From a virus (Duplodnaviria > Caudoviricetes), in the IMG/VR virus record IMGVR_UViG_3300033066_000581, positions 1 to 64,000 of that record: a stretch of 64,000 nt of DNA, one strand, 5' to 3'. Positions 18,671 to 28,716 of the stretch are shown here, piece after piece. The translations under genes were made by a program, and so were the position numbers. The notes beneath the pieces were generated by a model. It had not been told where the DNA came from, did no database searches, and worked only from the letters and a program-made list of their open reading frames with translations. Position 1 is the first letter of the stretch. Every line of letters starts with the position of its first letter.

Positions 18671-19694
18671 TAAATCTTGCTAGTGCGTGTAACCCTATGT
18701 ATAGGTTCTTATCTATGATCTCTTTAGGGTCCAGACCAGCCAAGACCATGTCATTTACGTCCTTGTAATCTAAATTATCTGGCCAGATGCAAACCCTGTA
18801 ACCCAGACCAATAGCCTTCTTGATATGAGACACCGTGTCCTTGTTCCTGTTCTCGTTATCATAGACGATAACCTTGTCATCCTGTTCAGGAGGTCCAAGC
18901 GATCGAAGTTCTGATGTCAGAACCCCGCCAGCCGATGCCAAGGAGTTGGGGATGAACATGGCATCGATCGGACCTTCGAAGACGTAAACACGTTTGCTTA
19001 GGTCGACAGTATCCAACCCGTACAGCTTAGGCTTCTTGTCATCGATGATGATCGTGATATATCGAACCTTGTCAGCCGGGTCGAACGATCTTCCTTGGTA
19101 ACCAAAGAACCTACCATCTTGGTCGATGAACGGAATCACCAGCCTGGGGGTATCCTTGGCCAAGGCCTTCTCATCAAACTTACCGGAAACCAACGTATTG
19201 GTCCAGGCCATGAACTTGGAAACATAGAAAAGCTTGTGGTGAACGTGAGAAGGGATCTTCCGTTTCTCAACATACAACTTAGCTGGATGTGTCGGGTACA
19301 GTTGGGAGATCTTCTTGAGACCCAGAGACTTCAACGTCTTGTCGACGTATGGTTCTTCAGGCGTCTCATCCTGTTCCACTGCAGTAGTATACCGTTCCCT
19401 CAGGAGTTCTTCCATGAACTGATTATAGAGGGCTGGGTCTAGGAACTTCAGAAACTGATGGAAATTGATATTCTTCCCAGACGGCCCAACGATATTGCAG
19501 TTGTGACAATAATATGTATGAGATGCCCCAGACTTGGATCGTAGAAGGAACCCACGCTTCTTCGTCTTTGATTTCTTTGAGTCACCACAGTACGGACAAC
19601 GAAAGTTATACGTTCCGTTACGCTTCACCAATCCCTGCAGCTTATACCCGACTAAGCCGATGTATTTTTCTTCAAGCCACAGCACTGTATGCAA
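18651..19694 (-). CDS. gp61: DNA primase, T4 gp61
   Basis: FRCPYCGDS...YCHNC zinc finger, RLVIPF, GYQGRS, VFEGPIDAMF, YDNE.RN, KDVNDM. Confidence 0.95.
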   Translation of the reverse strand: MHTVLWLEEKYIGLVGYKLQGLVKRNGTYNFRCPYCGDSKKSKTKKRGFLLRSKSGASHTYYCHNCNIVGPSGKNINFHQFLKFLDPALYNQFMEELLRERYTTAVEQDETPEEPYVDKTLKSLGLKKISQLYPTHPAKLYVEKRKIPSHVHHKLFYVSKFMAWTNTLVSGKFDEKALAKDTPRLVIPFIDQDGRFFGYQGRSFDPADKVRYITIIIDDKKPKLYGLDTVDLSKRVYVFEGPIDAMFIPNSLASAGGVLTSELRSLGPPEQDDKVIVYDNENRNKDTVSHIKKAIGLGYRVCIWPDNLDYKDVNDMVLAGLDPKEIIDKNLYIGLHALARFNEWKKV

Positions 19695-19749
19695 GCCTAT
19701 TCATTATGGACAATATGCCCATTATACAGTGGTCAGGCTATTTTGTACA

Positions 19750-20274
19750 TCAAAAAATGCGCGCCAGAAGCGCATTTATGTCGATTTTTTGCAGGATGAA
19801 AAATATTACGATTCCGCCTCCGATCAGGATCCACATCCACTTCTCCAAATTTTTGAGTCTGGTGTTATGAGTTCCTAATAGGCGAGTAACTTTTATGTGA
19901 TTAGCGTTTTGGTTTTCCACCACAGTTGCCATGACGGTGTCAATCTTTTGCCCAAGTTCAGTTTCGGTATCGTTGAGATCTAAGCTTACGTTGGTACGAA
20001 GCTCTTCGATTTTTTTATCTGATGCTTTTTTCACGGCCGAAATTTTAAGGCCCAGATCTTTCATCTGATCTTGGGTTTGGGTGATTTTTTGGTCGTGCAC
20101 CGCAATTACTCCAGAAACTGACGTTACAGCTGTGGACATTTTATCGATGACGGTTTCAAACCTATCAAAGATAGTTTTGAAATTAATTTCAAACCTATCA
20201 AAGATAGTTTTGAAATTCTCAGATTGTTGGTTCAGGAGGGCTAATTTTACTCTTGTATCAGATTCGTCGCTCAT
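19750..20274 (-). CDS. Coiled-coil protein with a C-terminal TM helix (possibly lysis-associated)
   Basis: Heptad pattern; C-terminal LEKWMWILIGGGIVIFFIL; follows the holin. Confidence 0.6.
   Translation of the reverse strand: MSDESDTRVKLALLNQQSENFKTIFDRFEINFKTIFDRFETVIDKMSTAVTSVSGVIAVHDQKITQTQDQMKDLGLKISAVKKASDKKIEELRTNVSLDLNDTETELGQKIDTVMATVVENQNANHIKVTRLLGTHNTRLKNLEKWMWILIGGGIVIFFILQKIDINALLARIF
20154..20217. repeat. In-frame 33-bp-period tandem duplication (NFKTIFDRFE x2)
   Basis: tttcaaacctatcaaagatagttttgaaatt at 20154 and 20187. Confidence 0.9.
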
Positions 20275-20558
20275 CCCTGTTCTCCCGTTGGTGGTGGTTG
20301 AACTACTTCAGTCTGATCTTCTGCTCTACCCCTGGTGAGCTCATACGTCCGGGAGATATAGATGGCAGCAACTGCAGTCACTAGGAGGGAAAGCCCCGTC
20401 AGGTCAGCAACCGTCCAAGTAACTAGAGGGATTAGGAGGCCATTAACGAACAGGATGGCGATCGCTGTGAACGCAAATAGGGGCCTCCACCATTTGCGGG
20501 CGGCGCACAGTAATACTTCTTGTATATGCAATACGGTTGACCTGACCTTGTTGCTCAT
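20271..20558 (-). CDS. Holin-like membrane protein
   Basis: WRP motif, two TM helices, SRTYE; next to the spanins. Confidence 0.65.
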   Translation of the reverse strand: MSNKVRSTVLHIQEVLLCAARKWWRPLFAFTAIAILFVNGLLIPLVTWTVADLTGLSLLVTAVAAIYISRTYELTRGRAEDQTEVVQPPPTGEQG

Positions 20559-20631
20559 ATTATCCCTTTGAGAATACTTAGAATTTCAAGGTATATTTAT
20601 TGATTTACGAAATGGAACTACTTTAAGTTGT

Positions 20632-20802
20632 TTATTGAGTAGTTGCTGGAACAGGAATTGTTTTTGGCGGAGTTGCTGGTTCCATTAGCTTGGCTGGAGG
20701 CTCAGGCATGACATTATTGATAATTACATCGGGTTTGGGCGGAGTTCCACACCCGGCCAAGAACAAGGCGAACACTATAGCTGCGAATGTTGAGATCTTC
20801 AT
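20632..20802 (-). CDS. o-spanin (Rz1-like lipoprotein), absent from the ORF track
   Basis: MKISTFAAIVFALFLAG|CGTPPKP...: lipobox LAGC, Pro-rich, ATGA overlap with the upstream i-spanin. Confidence 0.8.
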   Translation of the reverse strand: MKISTFAAIVFALFLAGCGTPPKPDVIINNVMPEPPAKLMEPATPPKTIPVPATTQ

Positions 20803-21344
20803 TTATTTGCTCCATCTATAGCAGCCTTAGTTTCTCTGACCCAGCTTTGTAAGGCAGTAAGCTGTTCTCGACATGCCTGAGCCGATGAATTGTTATCCAC
20901 GATCGTAGTTAGCGCAGCCGTGTCAGTGACACCGGAAGTTTCTGGTTTGGATGCTAGAGCTGGGTCAGACGGTTGACCCGTGGCAGATTGGTTATATACG
21001 TAAACCCATCCTTGAGATAGCTCAAACTGTGTGGGGACAACAGTATTGGCCTGGTTGACATATTCAGTTCGAACCCTGTCAACGTAACGAATTCTGTCCA
21101 CGTATTGGGTTACTACCCTATCAGAAACCTGTGACGAGGCTGTCCGGGCCCGTGACTCAGCATTAGCTAGCGCCAGTTTAATAGCTCCGACGCGTTTCTC
21201 ACATTGTACTTGTGCAGCCGCGACTCGTTTATCTCCATCTTTGATACCAGCAACGTAACCTGTACCACCAGCAGCCCCGATCACTAGTACTGCAGCCAAT
21301 CCCATGGCTGCATACTTATACGGGTTCGTAATATTTTCAAACAT
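20799..21344 (-). CDS. i-spanin (Rz-like)
   Basis: N-terminal TM, VVTQYVDRI, C-terminal C...LTALQSWV. Confidence 0.8.
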   Translation of the reverse strand: MFENITNPYKYAAMGLAAVLVIGAAGGTGYVAGIKDGDKRVAAAQVQCEKRVGAIKLALANAESRARTASSQVSDRVVTQYVDRIRYVDRVRTEYVNQANTVVPTQFELSQGWVYVYNQSATGQPSDPALASKPETSGVTDTAALTTIVDNNSSAQACREQLTALQSWVRETKAAIDGANK

Positions 21345-22015
21345 CAGTGTTCTCCACCATCTTTCTTCTTCATATATCCCTTCACAAAGTGCTTGGGGAT
21401 CTCTTTGTTGAACCGAAGTTCAGACAACGCATAGTACTCATGATCACCGGCGCTGGGGTTTTTCTTTTTCCAGCTCTCGTATTCTTCCTTATGAGCCATC
21501 CGCTTTCGCGACTCACCTACGTTTCCACCTAGGTTGTGGTCCATATGCTTCTCGGCCCAATCCTTTGGGATATGGAGTTTCACCACAGCTCGATGTTCGT
21601 GTGGGGTATTAACAGCCCCACCACCAGCAGATCTGAAGTTCGCTTCGCCACCGGACCCTGACATCGCAGCATATCCATGGGCAGTGTGGGGGTCGACGGC
21701 AACAGAGATATGACCTGTCTTCGGGTCCTTATGGGCCAGGCCATGTTTCAGGACAGAATGCAGATTTCGTTCATGTGTCCCGTGATAGGCTACGATATGA
21801 TCCTTGTCCTTATACCATCCAATATGTGGGTTCTTCTCGAACGGAACTTTATGCGCCTTGATGTCTTCTGATTCAACTAGACGTCTTCTCAGGATCTTCG
21901 GCTTCTTTTTCCTAGGCGGTTCACCGGATGGACCTACCCCGATACCTGCGACGGCTCCACCACCAGCCGCATTAGCTGGAGCATCTTCGTTAACGAAAGA
22001 CTTAAACTTCAGCAT
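21344..22015 (-). CDS. ADP-ribosyltransferase-like protein with a capsid-targeting-like leader
   Basis: YHGT...NL.SVLKHGL, S...TAHGYA, late Glu (SELRF); N-terminus MLKFKSFVNE. Confidence 0.6.
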   Translation of the reverse strand: MLKFKSFVNEDAPANAAGGGAVAGIGVGPSGEPPRKKKPKILRRRLVESEDIKAHKVPFEKNPHIGWYKDKDHIVAYHGTHERNLHSVLKHGLAHKDPKTGHISVAVDPHTAHGYAAMSGSGGEANFRSAGGGAVNTPHEHRAVVKLHIPKDWAEKHMDHNLGGNVGESRKRMAHKEEYESWKKKNPSAGDHEYYALSELRFNKEIPKHFVKGYMKKKDGGEH

Positions 22016-22418
22016 CTCGTATTCCTCTAAGTCTATCGATGATCAATTGATCCATTACGATGTCAGAAGAGATGATGGTGTTCCCAGACTTTCCGACGTT
22101 CTTTATTGTCTCTGGCATGTAATTCAACAGAACTAGAAACGGCTTCAGGTATTTATGATATCCATCAAGCTTCTGAAATAGTAATCGGGTGGTTGCCGGG
22201 ATCCCGAACACGTTATATAGGATGATAATATGATTGAGGATCAACCGTTCTTTGAGATCCCCAGTATCATGGTAACGCTTGAACAGCTTTTTGACGTACT
22301 TGAACCTCTTGATGTCTTCGTAAAACTCCTGGGTATCTGAGCATCCAGGGTTATCATAATGTTGGGCTGCATAAATTACAAAATTTTCATCGGTCAAAAC
22401 TTCACTAATCATGTTCAA
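22002..22418 (-). CDS. Conserved T4-like hypothetical protein
   Basis: HYDNP.C...EFYEDIKRFKY, LKERLILNHIIILYNVFG. Confidence 0.75.
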   Translation of the reverse strand: MNMISEVLTDENFVIYAAQHYDNPGCSDTQEFYEDIKRFKYVKKLFKRYHDTGDLKERLILNHIIILYNVFGIPATTRLLFQKLDGYHKYLKPFLVLLNYMPETIKNVGKSGNTIISSDIVMDQLIIDRLRGIRDAEV

Positions 22419-22687
22419 AACGCTGTTAGACTTACTCGCTTCAGTGTATTATTTGCAACAGCAATATAGAGGTAGGAAGCATCGTATAAAATGACTCCAG
22501 CCGCCACGTTAATTGTGGAGTTTGCTGGAGTTTGTGTTCTAATTGCCACGTTGGCAGCGCTGTTACCCAGAAGTGTGGCAACCGTCACCTTCTGGGTTCC
22601 ATCTGCAGATTCTATGATCAGTAACGAGTTGGCAGATGGCCCAGTGTTGGCATCCAATTCCGTTATCTTTCTAGCGCGTGTCGACAT
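22415..22687 (-). CDS. Small virion/fibre-associated protein
   Basis: KITELD...; YDASYLYIAVANNTLKRVSL fibre-type motif. Confidence 0.55.
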   Translation of the reverse strand: MSTRARKITELDANTGPSANSLLIIESADGTQKVTVATLLGNSAANVAIRTQTPANSTINVAAGVILYDASYLYIAVANNTLKRVSLTAF

Positions 22688-22704
22688 TATCTAAACCTTC
22701 AATA

Positions 22705-23523
22705 TTAGGAGTCTGGAAGCACTACGTCTTCGTTGTCGGCCGTCATCGACCCCATTGCAACTAGGGTTTCATATTGGACCCGACCTGCCCGACCGCCAGA
22801 ACCAACGGTGCGTAAGTTCCAACCGGCATGCGCAATCCCACGATTTCGACCACCAGAAACCACACCAACGGCCGTGGCGGTCTCACCGGTCAACGAATGG
22901 CCGGACTCATCAGCTACAACGATGACCAAGTTGGCAGGGGTTCCGCCCTTGGTTGTAGATAGCTTGATGCCAGTTGAGTTGGCAGACACAACGTAATACG
23001 ATGTGTTGTTCGTCAACGGAGTGATGGCGGTATTGCCAGCCGCGACCAGATACTTGATATAGTCATTGTTTTGATACTTGTTGGATGATACCAAGATAAA
23101 GTCATTAGCTTCGTCGACGCCCTGGGTATTGGCATTGAACGTCTTAGCAGCAGGAGCAGCAATCGTGATCCCGGGGGCAGTCGTATATGCGGAACCGGCG
23201 TCAGTAATGTTTACGGCACCAATGCGACCTGTAGAATTTGCCTGGGCGTTGCCCGTGGCGTTCCCGGTGATCGTGGCGGCCGCGTTGGCATGATACCCTG
23301 AACCACCAGATGTGATAATTGTCTGGATTAGAGACCCTGTGGCCACCGTGGCTTCGGTAGCATCCACACCAAACTGACCGACGGTTTGGCCAGTTACGAA
23401 GGCATCCGGAGTAACGTTGCCAAACAGATCAGTTTGGTTACCAACGTTTACAGTCTTATTGAACTGAGCAGGTAGGTAAAATACCGAGTTTGCTGCAGTG
23501 TCGTCCTTTTTCCACAATGACAT
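22705..23523 (-). CDS. Virion structural protein
   Basis: MSLW...HAGWNLRT.GSGGRAGRVQYETLVAM; GSGY/GSAYT.AP repeats; late promoter CATAAATA at 23566-23573. Confidence 0.7.
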   Translation of the reverse strand: MSLWKKDDTAANSVFYLPAQFNKTVNVGNQTDLFGNVTPDAFVTGQTVGQFGVDATEATVATGSLIQTIITSGGSGYHANAAATITGNATGNAQANSTGRIGAVNITDAGSAYTTAPGITIAAPAAKTFNANTQGVDEANDFILVSSNKYQNNDYIKYLVAAGNTAITPLTNNTSYYVVSANSTGIKLSTTKGGTPANLVIVVADESGHSLTGETATAVGVVSGGRNRGIAHAGWNLRTVGSGGRAGRVQYETLVAMGSMTADNEDVVLPDS

Positions 23524-23568
23524 AGTGGTGTTCTCCTAGAAGTTTCTTAGATGTTGTTTTCGTTTTAT

Positions 23569-25647
23569 TTATGAAGGCTTAGTTTTAGCTTTAGCTCTAC
23601 GCGCCTCAACGGCATCGTTGTGCTGACCTACTGTAAATGGCTTGGGCTTATCTGTGGATTTCAATCGCATTCTGTAATTTTTTCCAGCCTTCTTCCAGAC
23701 ATCATCCAGAGAAGCTTCTCCAATCTGTTCTTTCATAGCATAGGCAATGTGAACTTTAGGAACAAACAGTCTTCCGCGCTTACCTTTGCCATCCATATCG
23801 TAGCTTACATTATGGCCCCAAGCCTTAGTTGAGTGATCATTGGGGTTATGCTTGGTTGGCCCATGGCCCGAAACTGTACCGTAAACCTCATGATCTTCTA
23901 CTCGACCTTCTTTCCAACCTCCATCTGGGTGCTTAAATTTCACCCTTTGGTTTGGGCGAAAGCTAGGAGCCGTTGTATTTTCTTCCAGCTGTTCGTCTTC
24001 CTTGAAGAAACCCTTCTTGTTTTTGGCGTCGTCATTCAGCTTTTCGCGAGCTTTGGTACGCTTATCGCTGTTTTCTAGGTATTTGCTTAGATTGAAGGCC
24101 TTCTTCGGCTTCTTTCCTGGCCATTCCTGATAGTGAAAATCTGGTTTGGCCTCATCAATCTGTGTGTCCTCAGCGTTCATTACTGGGGATTTGGTTAATT
24201 TTCCATTAGGATAACCAGAGGAAGTTCTGCGCTTAAGTTCCTTGTCAACCAATTTATGATGATCAGCTGCCCCGGTTTTATTGCGGGGCTTTTGTTTATC
24301 ATAATAGTCTTGATATCCTCTCAACGTTGTTGTTGAATCGTTCTTTGTTCTGGTGATTAAATCTCTAGCCGATTCACTGCCATTACTATAGCGTTTGAAA
24401 TCACGTTTCAGCTCATCGATTTGTTCTTCTTCCAGCTTACCCTTGGCTTTAAGCCCAACAACTCTTCCTCGTTTGTTTCTATATCCTGTTTCAGAATCAT
24501 TATCTTGACGAATAGCGATGATGTCGCCGGCTTTTAATGCCCCAGACCATCTTTTATCAAACCCCCTTCCTGCCTCTCCGGATGGGTTTCTACCTGGTTT
24601 ACGGTTTGGATCACTATTCATTCTAGCGTGCAAATCTGCGTGTGCTTTAGCTTTATACGATTTTAATGTGTTGGTAGAGAGCTCGTCTAATTGTTCTTCA
24701 TCCAGTTTACCCTTGGCTCTGAGGCGATCTACGGCCGGCAGAGTGACCTTGGACTTCTTTTCTTCCTCAGAACCACCTGATTTGATGGTTGAACCGATAT
24801 GGCGCTTGAAATCGGCATGAGATTTAGAAATCTTGTTCTCGAAGTTGCCCTTCTCGATGGACGTTCTCATCATTCCATGCATTCTGATAGCCTTCAGAGC
24901 ATCAGCCATATGGACAGTGTGCTTCGATCCATCGCGGAAGGAAACAGGCTTGGCCCCACGGAGGGATTGAACCTTACGCATCTGCATGATGATGTTTTGA
25001 TCTGGCTCGTTACCTTCTTCCTCACCGGCTGCTAGAGGAGTCTTGCGTGGACGACCGCGGCCTTCATCAAGGGTTTCTTCGACTAAGTGGCCATTCTTCT
25101 TGATGGCATCCTTAAGGTTGGCGTGATATGCTTGGCTTGATGCTCCTGGCTTACCAGAATAGAAAGAATATTTCTTAGAATTGTTGCCGCGTTCAGCGTA
25201 GATTTCATGACCGTCCGGATGTCTGTACAGCGTTGTCGAGGTCTGACCAGAATTCACGTGGTTAACATGCTTATACCCTGCCGCATCTAGCTCATGGGCT
25301 TTGTATCCACGACCTTCATCAAGAATTGTCTTTGATTTTGCAAGTACAGCTCGAGCTGATTCGATCAGATCATCTGATAGTCCATAGTTCTTTTCTGCAG
25401 TCATGTCTTCATCTTCTCCGATAGATCTTGATCTCTTCAGTGCTTTACTGAAATATTTGGAACGGTTCTTGTATTTACGCTTGTCGGCTTCAGTAGCATC
25501 AGGTGTATAGATCTTACCCTGTAGCTCTCTGGCCTGTGACGTAGAAGCCTTCAGGTATTCTCTAGCTCTATTCGACGACATCTCACAAATCTCTGTCACC
25601 TTACTGATAAGGGAGTCAGATAATCCATAGTTCTTGGGAGATGACAT
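23569..25647 (-). CDS. Modular basic polyprotein, candidate internal head protein precursor
   Basis: Repeated acidic linkers (ILDEG, TLDEG, EEQLDELS, EEQIDELK, TQIDEA, EQLEEN, EQIGEA) separating K/R/H-rich modules; late promoter GATAAATA at 25678-25685. Confidence 0.65.
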   Translation of the reverse strand: MSSPKNYGLSDSLISKVTEICEMSSNRAREYLKASTSQARELQGKIYTPDATEADKRKYKNRSKYFSKALKRSRSIGEDEDMTAEKNYGLSDDLIESARAVLAKSKTILDEGRGYKAHELDAAGYKHVNHVNSGQTSTTLYRHPDGHEIYAERGNNSKKYSFYSGKPGASSQAYHANLKDAIKKNGHLVEETLDEGRGRPRKTPLAAGEEEGNEPDQNIIMQMRKVQSLRGAKPVSFRDGSKHTVHMADALKAIRMHGMMRTSIEKGNFENKISKSHADFKRHIGSTIKSGGSEEEKKSKVTLPAVDRLRAKGKLDEEQLDELSTNTLKSYKAKAHADLHARMNSDPNRKPGRNPSGEAGRGFDKRWSGALKAGDIIAIRQDNDSETGYRNKRGRVVGLKAKGKLEEEQIDELKRDFKRYSNGSESARDLITRTKNDSTTTLRGYQDYYDKQKPRNKTGAADHHKLVDKELKRRTSSGYPNGKLTKSPVMNAEDTQIDEAKPDFHYQEWPGKKPKKAFNLSKYLENSDKRTKAREKLNDDAKNKKGFFKEDEQLEENTTAPSFRPNQRVKFKHPDGGWKEGRVEDHEVYGTVSGHGPTKHNPNDHSTKAWGHNVSYDMDGKGKRGRLFVPKVHIAYAMKEQIGEASLDDVWKKAGKNYRMRLKSTDKPKPFTVGQHNDAVEARRAKAKTKPS

Positions 25648-25680
25648 AGCGTTATTGGCCTTTTCTAGTATTCTCTGTAT

Positions 25681-26637
25681 TTATCTACGTGGTCTTCCAC
25701 GCTGATCAGACAGATAACGGCCAATACGATCAGATTGTGTGAATGGCTTTTCTTTAGCCATACCAGACTCGGTGACCGCCTTCAAGGCCTTATGGAAGTG
25801 GGCAGCCAACCCATCAGAGATCCCGGAGTGATCAGCCATCTTCAAGGCGTTTGGAACCCGGTTGTGCGGGTGCTTGTCGACAAATTCCTTGACCTTAGCA
25901 ATCTGTTCCTTAGTCCCGCGGTATTTGTCAAAATGCCCGGCCGGGTGCTTTTCTCCCATCTCAGCAGACGTCTTGATTGTGTGATCGATATCAGAATTCC
26001 ATTTGGCGTGGGCATCATCGATGGCCTTATGTTTGTAGTTCACTTCCGTCGACTCTGTCACAGCCCTCTTCAGCTTCTGGCCGGCCAGGATCGCACCAGC
26101 CATACGCTTGTCGAACTTCTTCCCAATCTTTGGTCGATCAAACTTATCACCAACCATAGCCTTTCGATCAGCATAATTATCGTCCAGATATTTGTTCAAA
26201 GCCCCCTTTGAAAGCTCGTGGATCGTAGTGGTTTCTTCCTTGATCTTCTTTTTGCTTGGGTTCATACCCTTCGTGGCTAGGCGCCGGGCAACAGTCATTA
26301 GTTGATCATCGCCAGTTGAGAGTTGAAGCAAAGCCAATGCGGCCAATAGATAGTTTGTGTTCACTGGGTTCGAACCATCTACGACGCGGTTCAGAGCCCC
26401 GGCGATCATGATCGCCAGGCTCTTTTTGGATGTGGTTGGGTCTGATGGATCTCCAGGAGGAGTGGCATCTTCGGTGATATCAGATAGAGTAGCAACCATA
26501 CCAGACGACATTTCATGAACGGCTAGGACTCCGGCACTAAACTTTGGTGGGTGCATTGGAGAAACGGGGGTGATATCAGTTGCTATCAGATGGTCCATAT
26601 ACCTGGACTTGATGGAACGTTCGAGTGATTTGGTCAT
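25681..26637 (-). CDS. Modular protein, candidate internal head protein
   Basis: VHEMS, ITED, IKEE, IHELS, AVTES x2 linkers; ELS..L..Y module. Confidence 0.6.
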   Translation of the reverse strand: MTKSLERSIKSRYMDHLIATDITPVSPMHPPKFSAGVLAVHEMSSGMVATLSDITEDATPPGDPSDPTTSKKSLAIMIAGALNRVVDGSNPVNTNYLLAALALLQLSTGDDQLMTVARRLATKGMNPSKKKIKEETTTIHELSKGALNKYLDDNYADRKAMVGDKFDRPKIGKKFDKRMAGAILAGQKLKRAVTESTEVNYKHKAIDDAHAKWNSDIDHTIKTSAEMGEKHPAGHFDKYRGTKEQIAKVKEFVDKHPHNRVPNALKMADHSGISDGLAAHFHKALKAVTESGMAKEKPFTQSDRIGRYLSDQRGRPRR

Positions 26638-27335
26638 TTTTTCGGCTCCGTAATGCCTCTTCGTTTGGCTTCTTCAGCTTTCCATTGTTTGGCCAACTGA
26701 GATTGTGGGGGTTTGGAAGCCCACGCCCTGATTTTTCTGTGAGTATGATCTAGGTTGTCAACATCCTCAGTATCGTTGTTAACTACGTGAAGGTGCTCAG
26801 GCCCGAAGATACGTTGGTATTTACCTAAGTTATTTTGGACACCTTCCCAGGACTTCTGAACGATATTTCTAGGAATGACCCTAGGTCTGCGTTCATTTCT
26901 GGCGTGTGCCGTCGAGGCCTTGGTATTTACGAAGACCATCTTGGTGTCATATCCTAGAGACTTGAAGTGACTATGGAGTTTGGCCAGCTTCTCGTAGTCC
27001 TTACCGGTTCCATCGATGACAACCCCCTGACGCCCGTGGATGGCTAACTTCTGCTTTACTTCGATAGTCTTCTTGGCTCTCTGCCGGACGGCATCTCTAG
27101 CCTTAGCTTCTCTGTCTGGCATTTTTGGATCTAATCCATGTTTAGCCATCATATGTTCGAATGCGATGTCAGAGTTGATCTCAGTTAGCCCCAGGGTCTT
27201 CAAGGCAAGTTTCTTGGCCACGTACGACTTTCCTGACCCAGGGCCGCCAGCTAGAAATACAGCCTTGAACTTAGCAGGGTCATGAATGCCCTCCGTGATC
27301 AATTCTGGGTCATAGGTCTCTAGGAAGGATTTCAT
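26634..27335 (-). CDS. Zeta-toxin-like P-loop kinase
   Basis: KAVFLAGGPGSGKS, INSD, VIDGTG, ARN.RR.R; leader MKSFLE...LITEG. Confidence 0.75.
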   Translation of the reverse strand: MKSFLETYDPELITEGIHDPAKFKAVFLAGGPGSGKSYVAKKLALKTLGLTEINSDIAFEHMMAKHGLDPKMPDREAKARDAVRQRAKKTIEVKQKLAIHGRQGVVIDGTGKDYEKLAKLHSHFKSLGYDTKMVFVNTKASTAHARNERRPRVIPRNIVQKSWEGVQNNLGKYQRIFGPEHLHVVNNDTEDVDNLDHTHRKIRAWASKPPQSQLAKQWKAEEAKRRGITEPKK

Positions 27336-28246
27336 TACTTTTTGACTTCGCTGACCTTATGTGCACCGATACTATTCAGATATTCCCGGCCGGCGTTGTT
27401 GAATGCGTGGTTGGTACGAAACTTACCAGCCTTGGTTCTATAGATGTGGACGGATGCATCTGGGTTTCTGTCTTTATCGAGACTCTTTTTTGCGCTAGCT
27501 TCAGCCTCGGCCGGAGAATCGTAGTCCAGAGATTCTGAAACGTTAACGTGTGTATGGAGTTGATTGTGGTCGGCATAGGATCCTAGTCGAGCGCCAGAAA
27601 TTCCAGCAGCTCGAAGTCGATCGATGATCTTAGCACCCGTTCTGGTGTGGGTATTATAGACATCACTTTGCCGATCACTAGCATTTCCAATTTCTGATTG
27701 GATATGAATCTTGCTTCCGGCATGGCCTACAATGCGATGTTCGGGGCCCAAGGCCTTTTGTAATTTACGCACGTCAACCGCCTCAGAGACAGCTGCCGGT
27801 CCTTTCAGGACACTCGCCAGGCGCTTCTGCTCAGCCTGTTTGATCCTTGGGTAGAGCTTCTTTGCTAAATTGCGAATGGCCTTGATTCTCTTTTCGGTCA
27901 TCTGATCAATCTGGATCTTTTCTGATGATGATAGTTCCTGGTAACGCAATCCGCGATCACCTGCCACCTTTCGTCTGACGATTTCTCTGGCCGCAGCCGC
28001 CGATCTCTTTTTGAGATTCTTGTCACCAGCCATTCGGCGTCTGGCAACCTCGCGTGATCTCTTGAGCTTGGGTTCAATCCGACGAATAGCCATTGCTCTC
28101 TTCATGCGCTGTGGAATCGTCAGGACTGCTTCGTACACGGTCCCATCGGTGGTAGGACTGAAGTCGATCTTATCCTTCTTCGTACTTTTGCCAAGAGTTG
28201 CCTTCTTCTTGGCTGGATTCTTCTTTGTTAGGTCTTCATCAGCCAT
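27335..28246 (-). CDS. Basic modular protein, candidate head core protein
   Basis: YEAVLT..QR.KRA...RR helical basic domain, then VSEA/VSES linkers; late promoter GATAAATA at 28280-28287. Confidence 0.6.
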   Translation of the reverse strand: MADEDLTKKNPAKKKATLGKSTKKDKIDFSPTTDGTVYEAVLTIPQRMKRAMAIRRIEPKLKRSREVARRRMAGDKNLKKRSAAAAREIVRRKVAGDRGLRYQELSSSEKIQIDQMTEKRIKAIRNLAKKLYPRIKQAEQKRLASVLKGPAAVSEAVDVRKLQKALGPEHRIVGHAGSKIHIQSEIGNASDRQSDVYNTHTRTGAKIIDRLRAAGISGARLGSYADHNQLHTHVNVSESLDYDSPAEAEASAKKSLDKDRNPDASVHIYRTKAGKFRTNHAFNNAGREYLNSIGAHKVSEVKK

Positions 28247-28278
28247 CTATTGCGTCCTTCAAGATATAATTCAATTGC

Positions 28279-28716
28279 TTATTTATCCCAACCAGTAGAA
28301 AAATGAATAACCAATGACCCATACTGGGGAAGGTCTTTTGTCCGGATGGTATACGGTAGTTTGGTTCCAGGAATTAGGGTGACCCTAAACTCAACACTAC
28401 CTAGCATGAAATAAACCTTGGTCTCTACGTCAATTTTATCATACGGCACCGAGACATAGTATACACCATCAAGCCCAGGAGTTTCTAGAACTCTATAGAT
28501 AACGTCATACGTTGTTCGATCATGATCCCATTGTGGTTTAGGAACTGGGTTAATATTCTTTAATACCCAGTCGTATGAGGATGAGATCTTCTTGAACTGT
28601 TCCTCACCATCAGGATTGAGATCCGGATGGTATTTCATGGCTAGCTTTCGGTATGCCGACTTGACTTCAGTTATTGTTGCTGAGCGGTCGACCCCAAGTA
28701 TATCAAAATGATTCAT
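28279..28716 (-). CDS. DnaJ-domain protein
   Basis: FDILGV...[18 protein letters not shown]...FKKI. Confidence 0.85.
   Translation of the reverse strand: MNHFDILGVDRSATITEVKSAYRKLAMKYHPDLNPDGEEQFKKISSSYDWVLKNINPVPKPQWDHDRTTYDVIYRVLETPGLDGVYYVSVPYDKIDVETKVYFMLGSVEFRVTLIPGTKLPYTIRTKDLPQYGSLVIHFSTGWDK

Noticed and set aside
26634-27335. Toxin-antitoxin (epsilon/zeta) module
   Set aside because: No antitoxin-like partner; the context and leader suggest a virion-associated kinase instead
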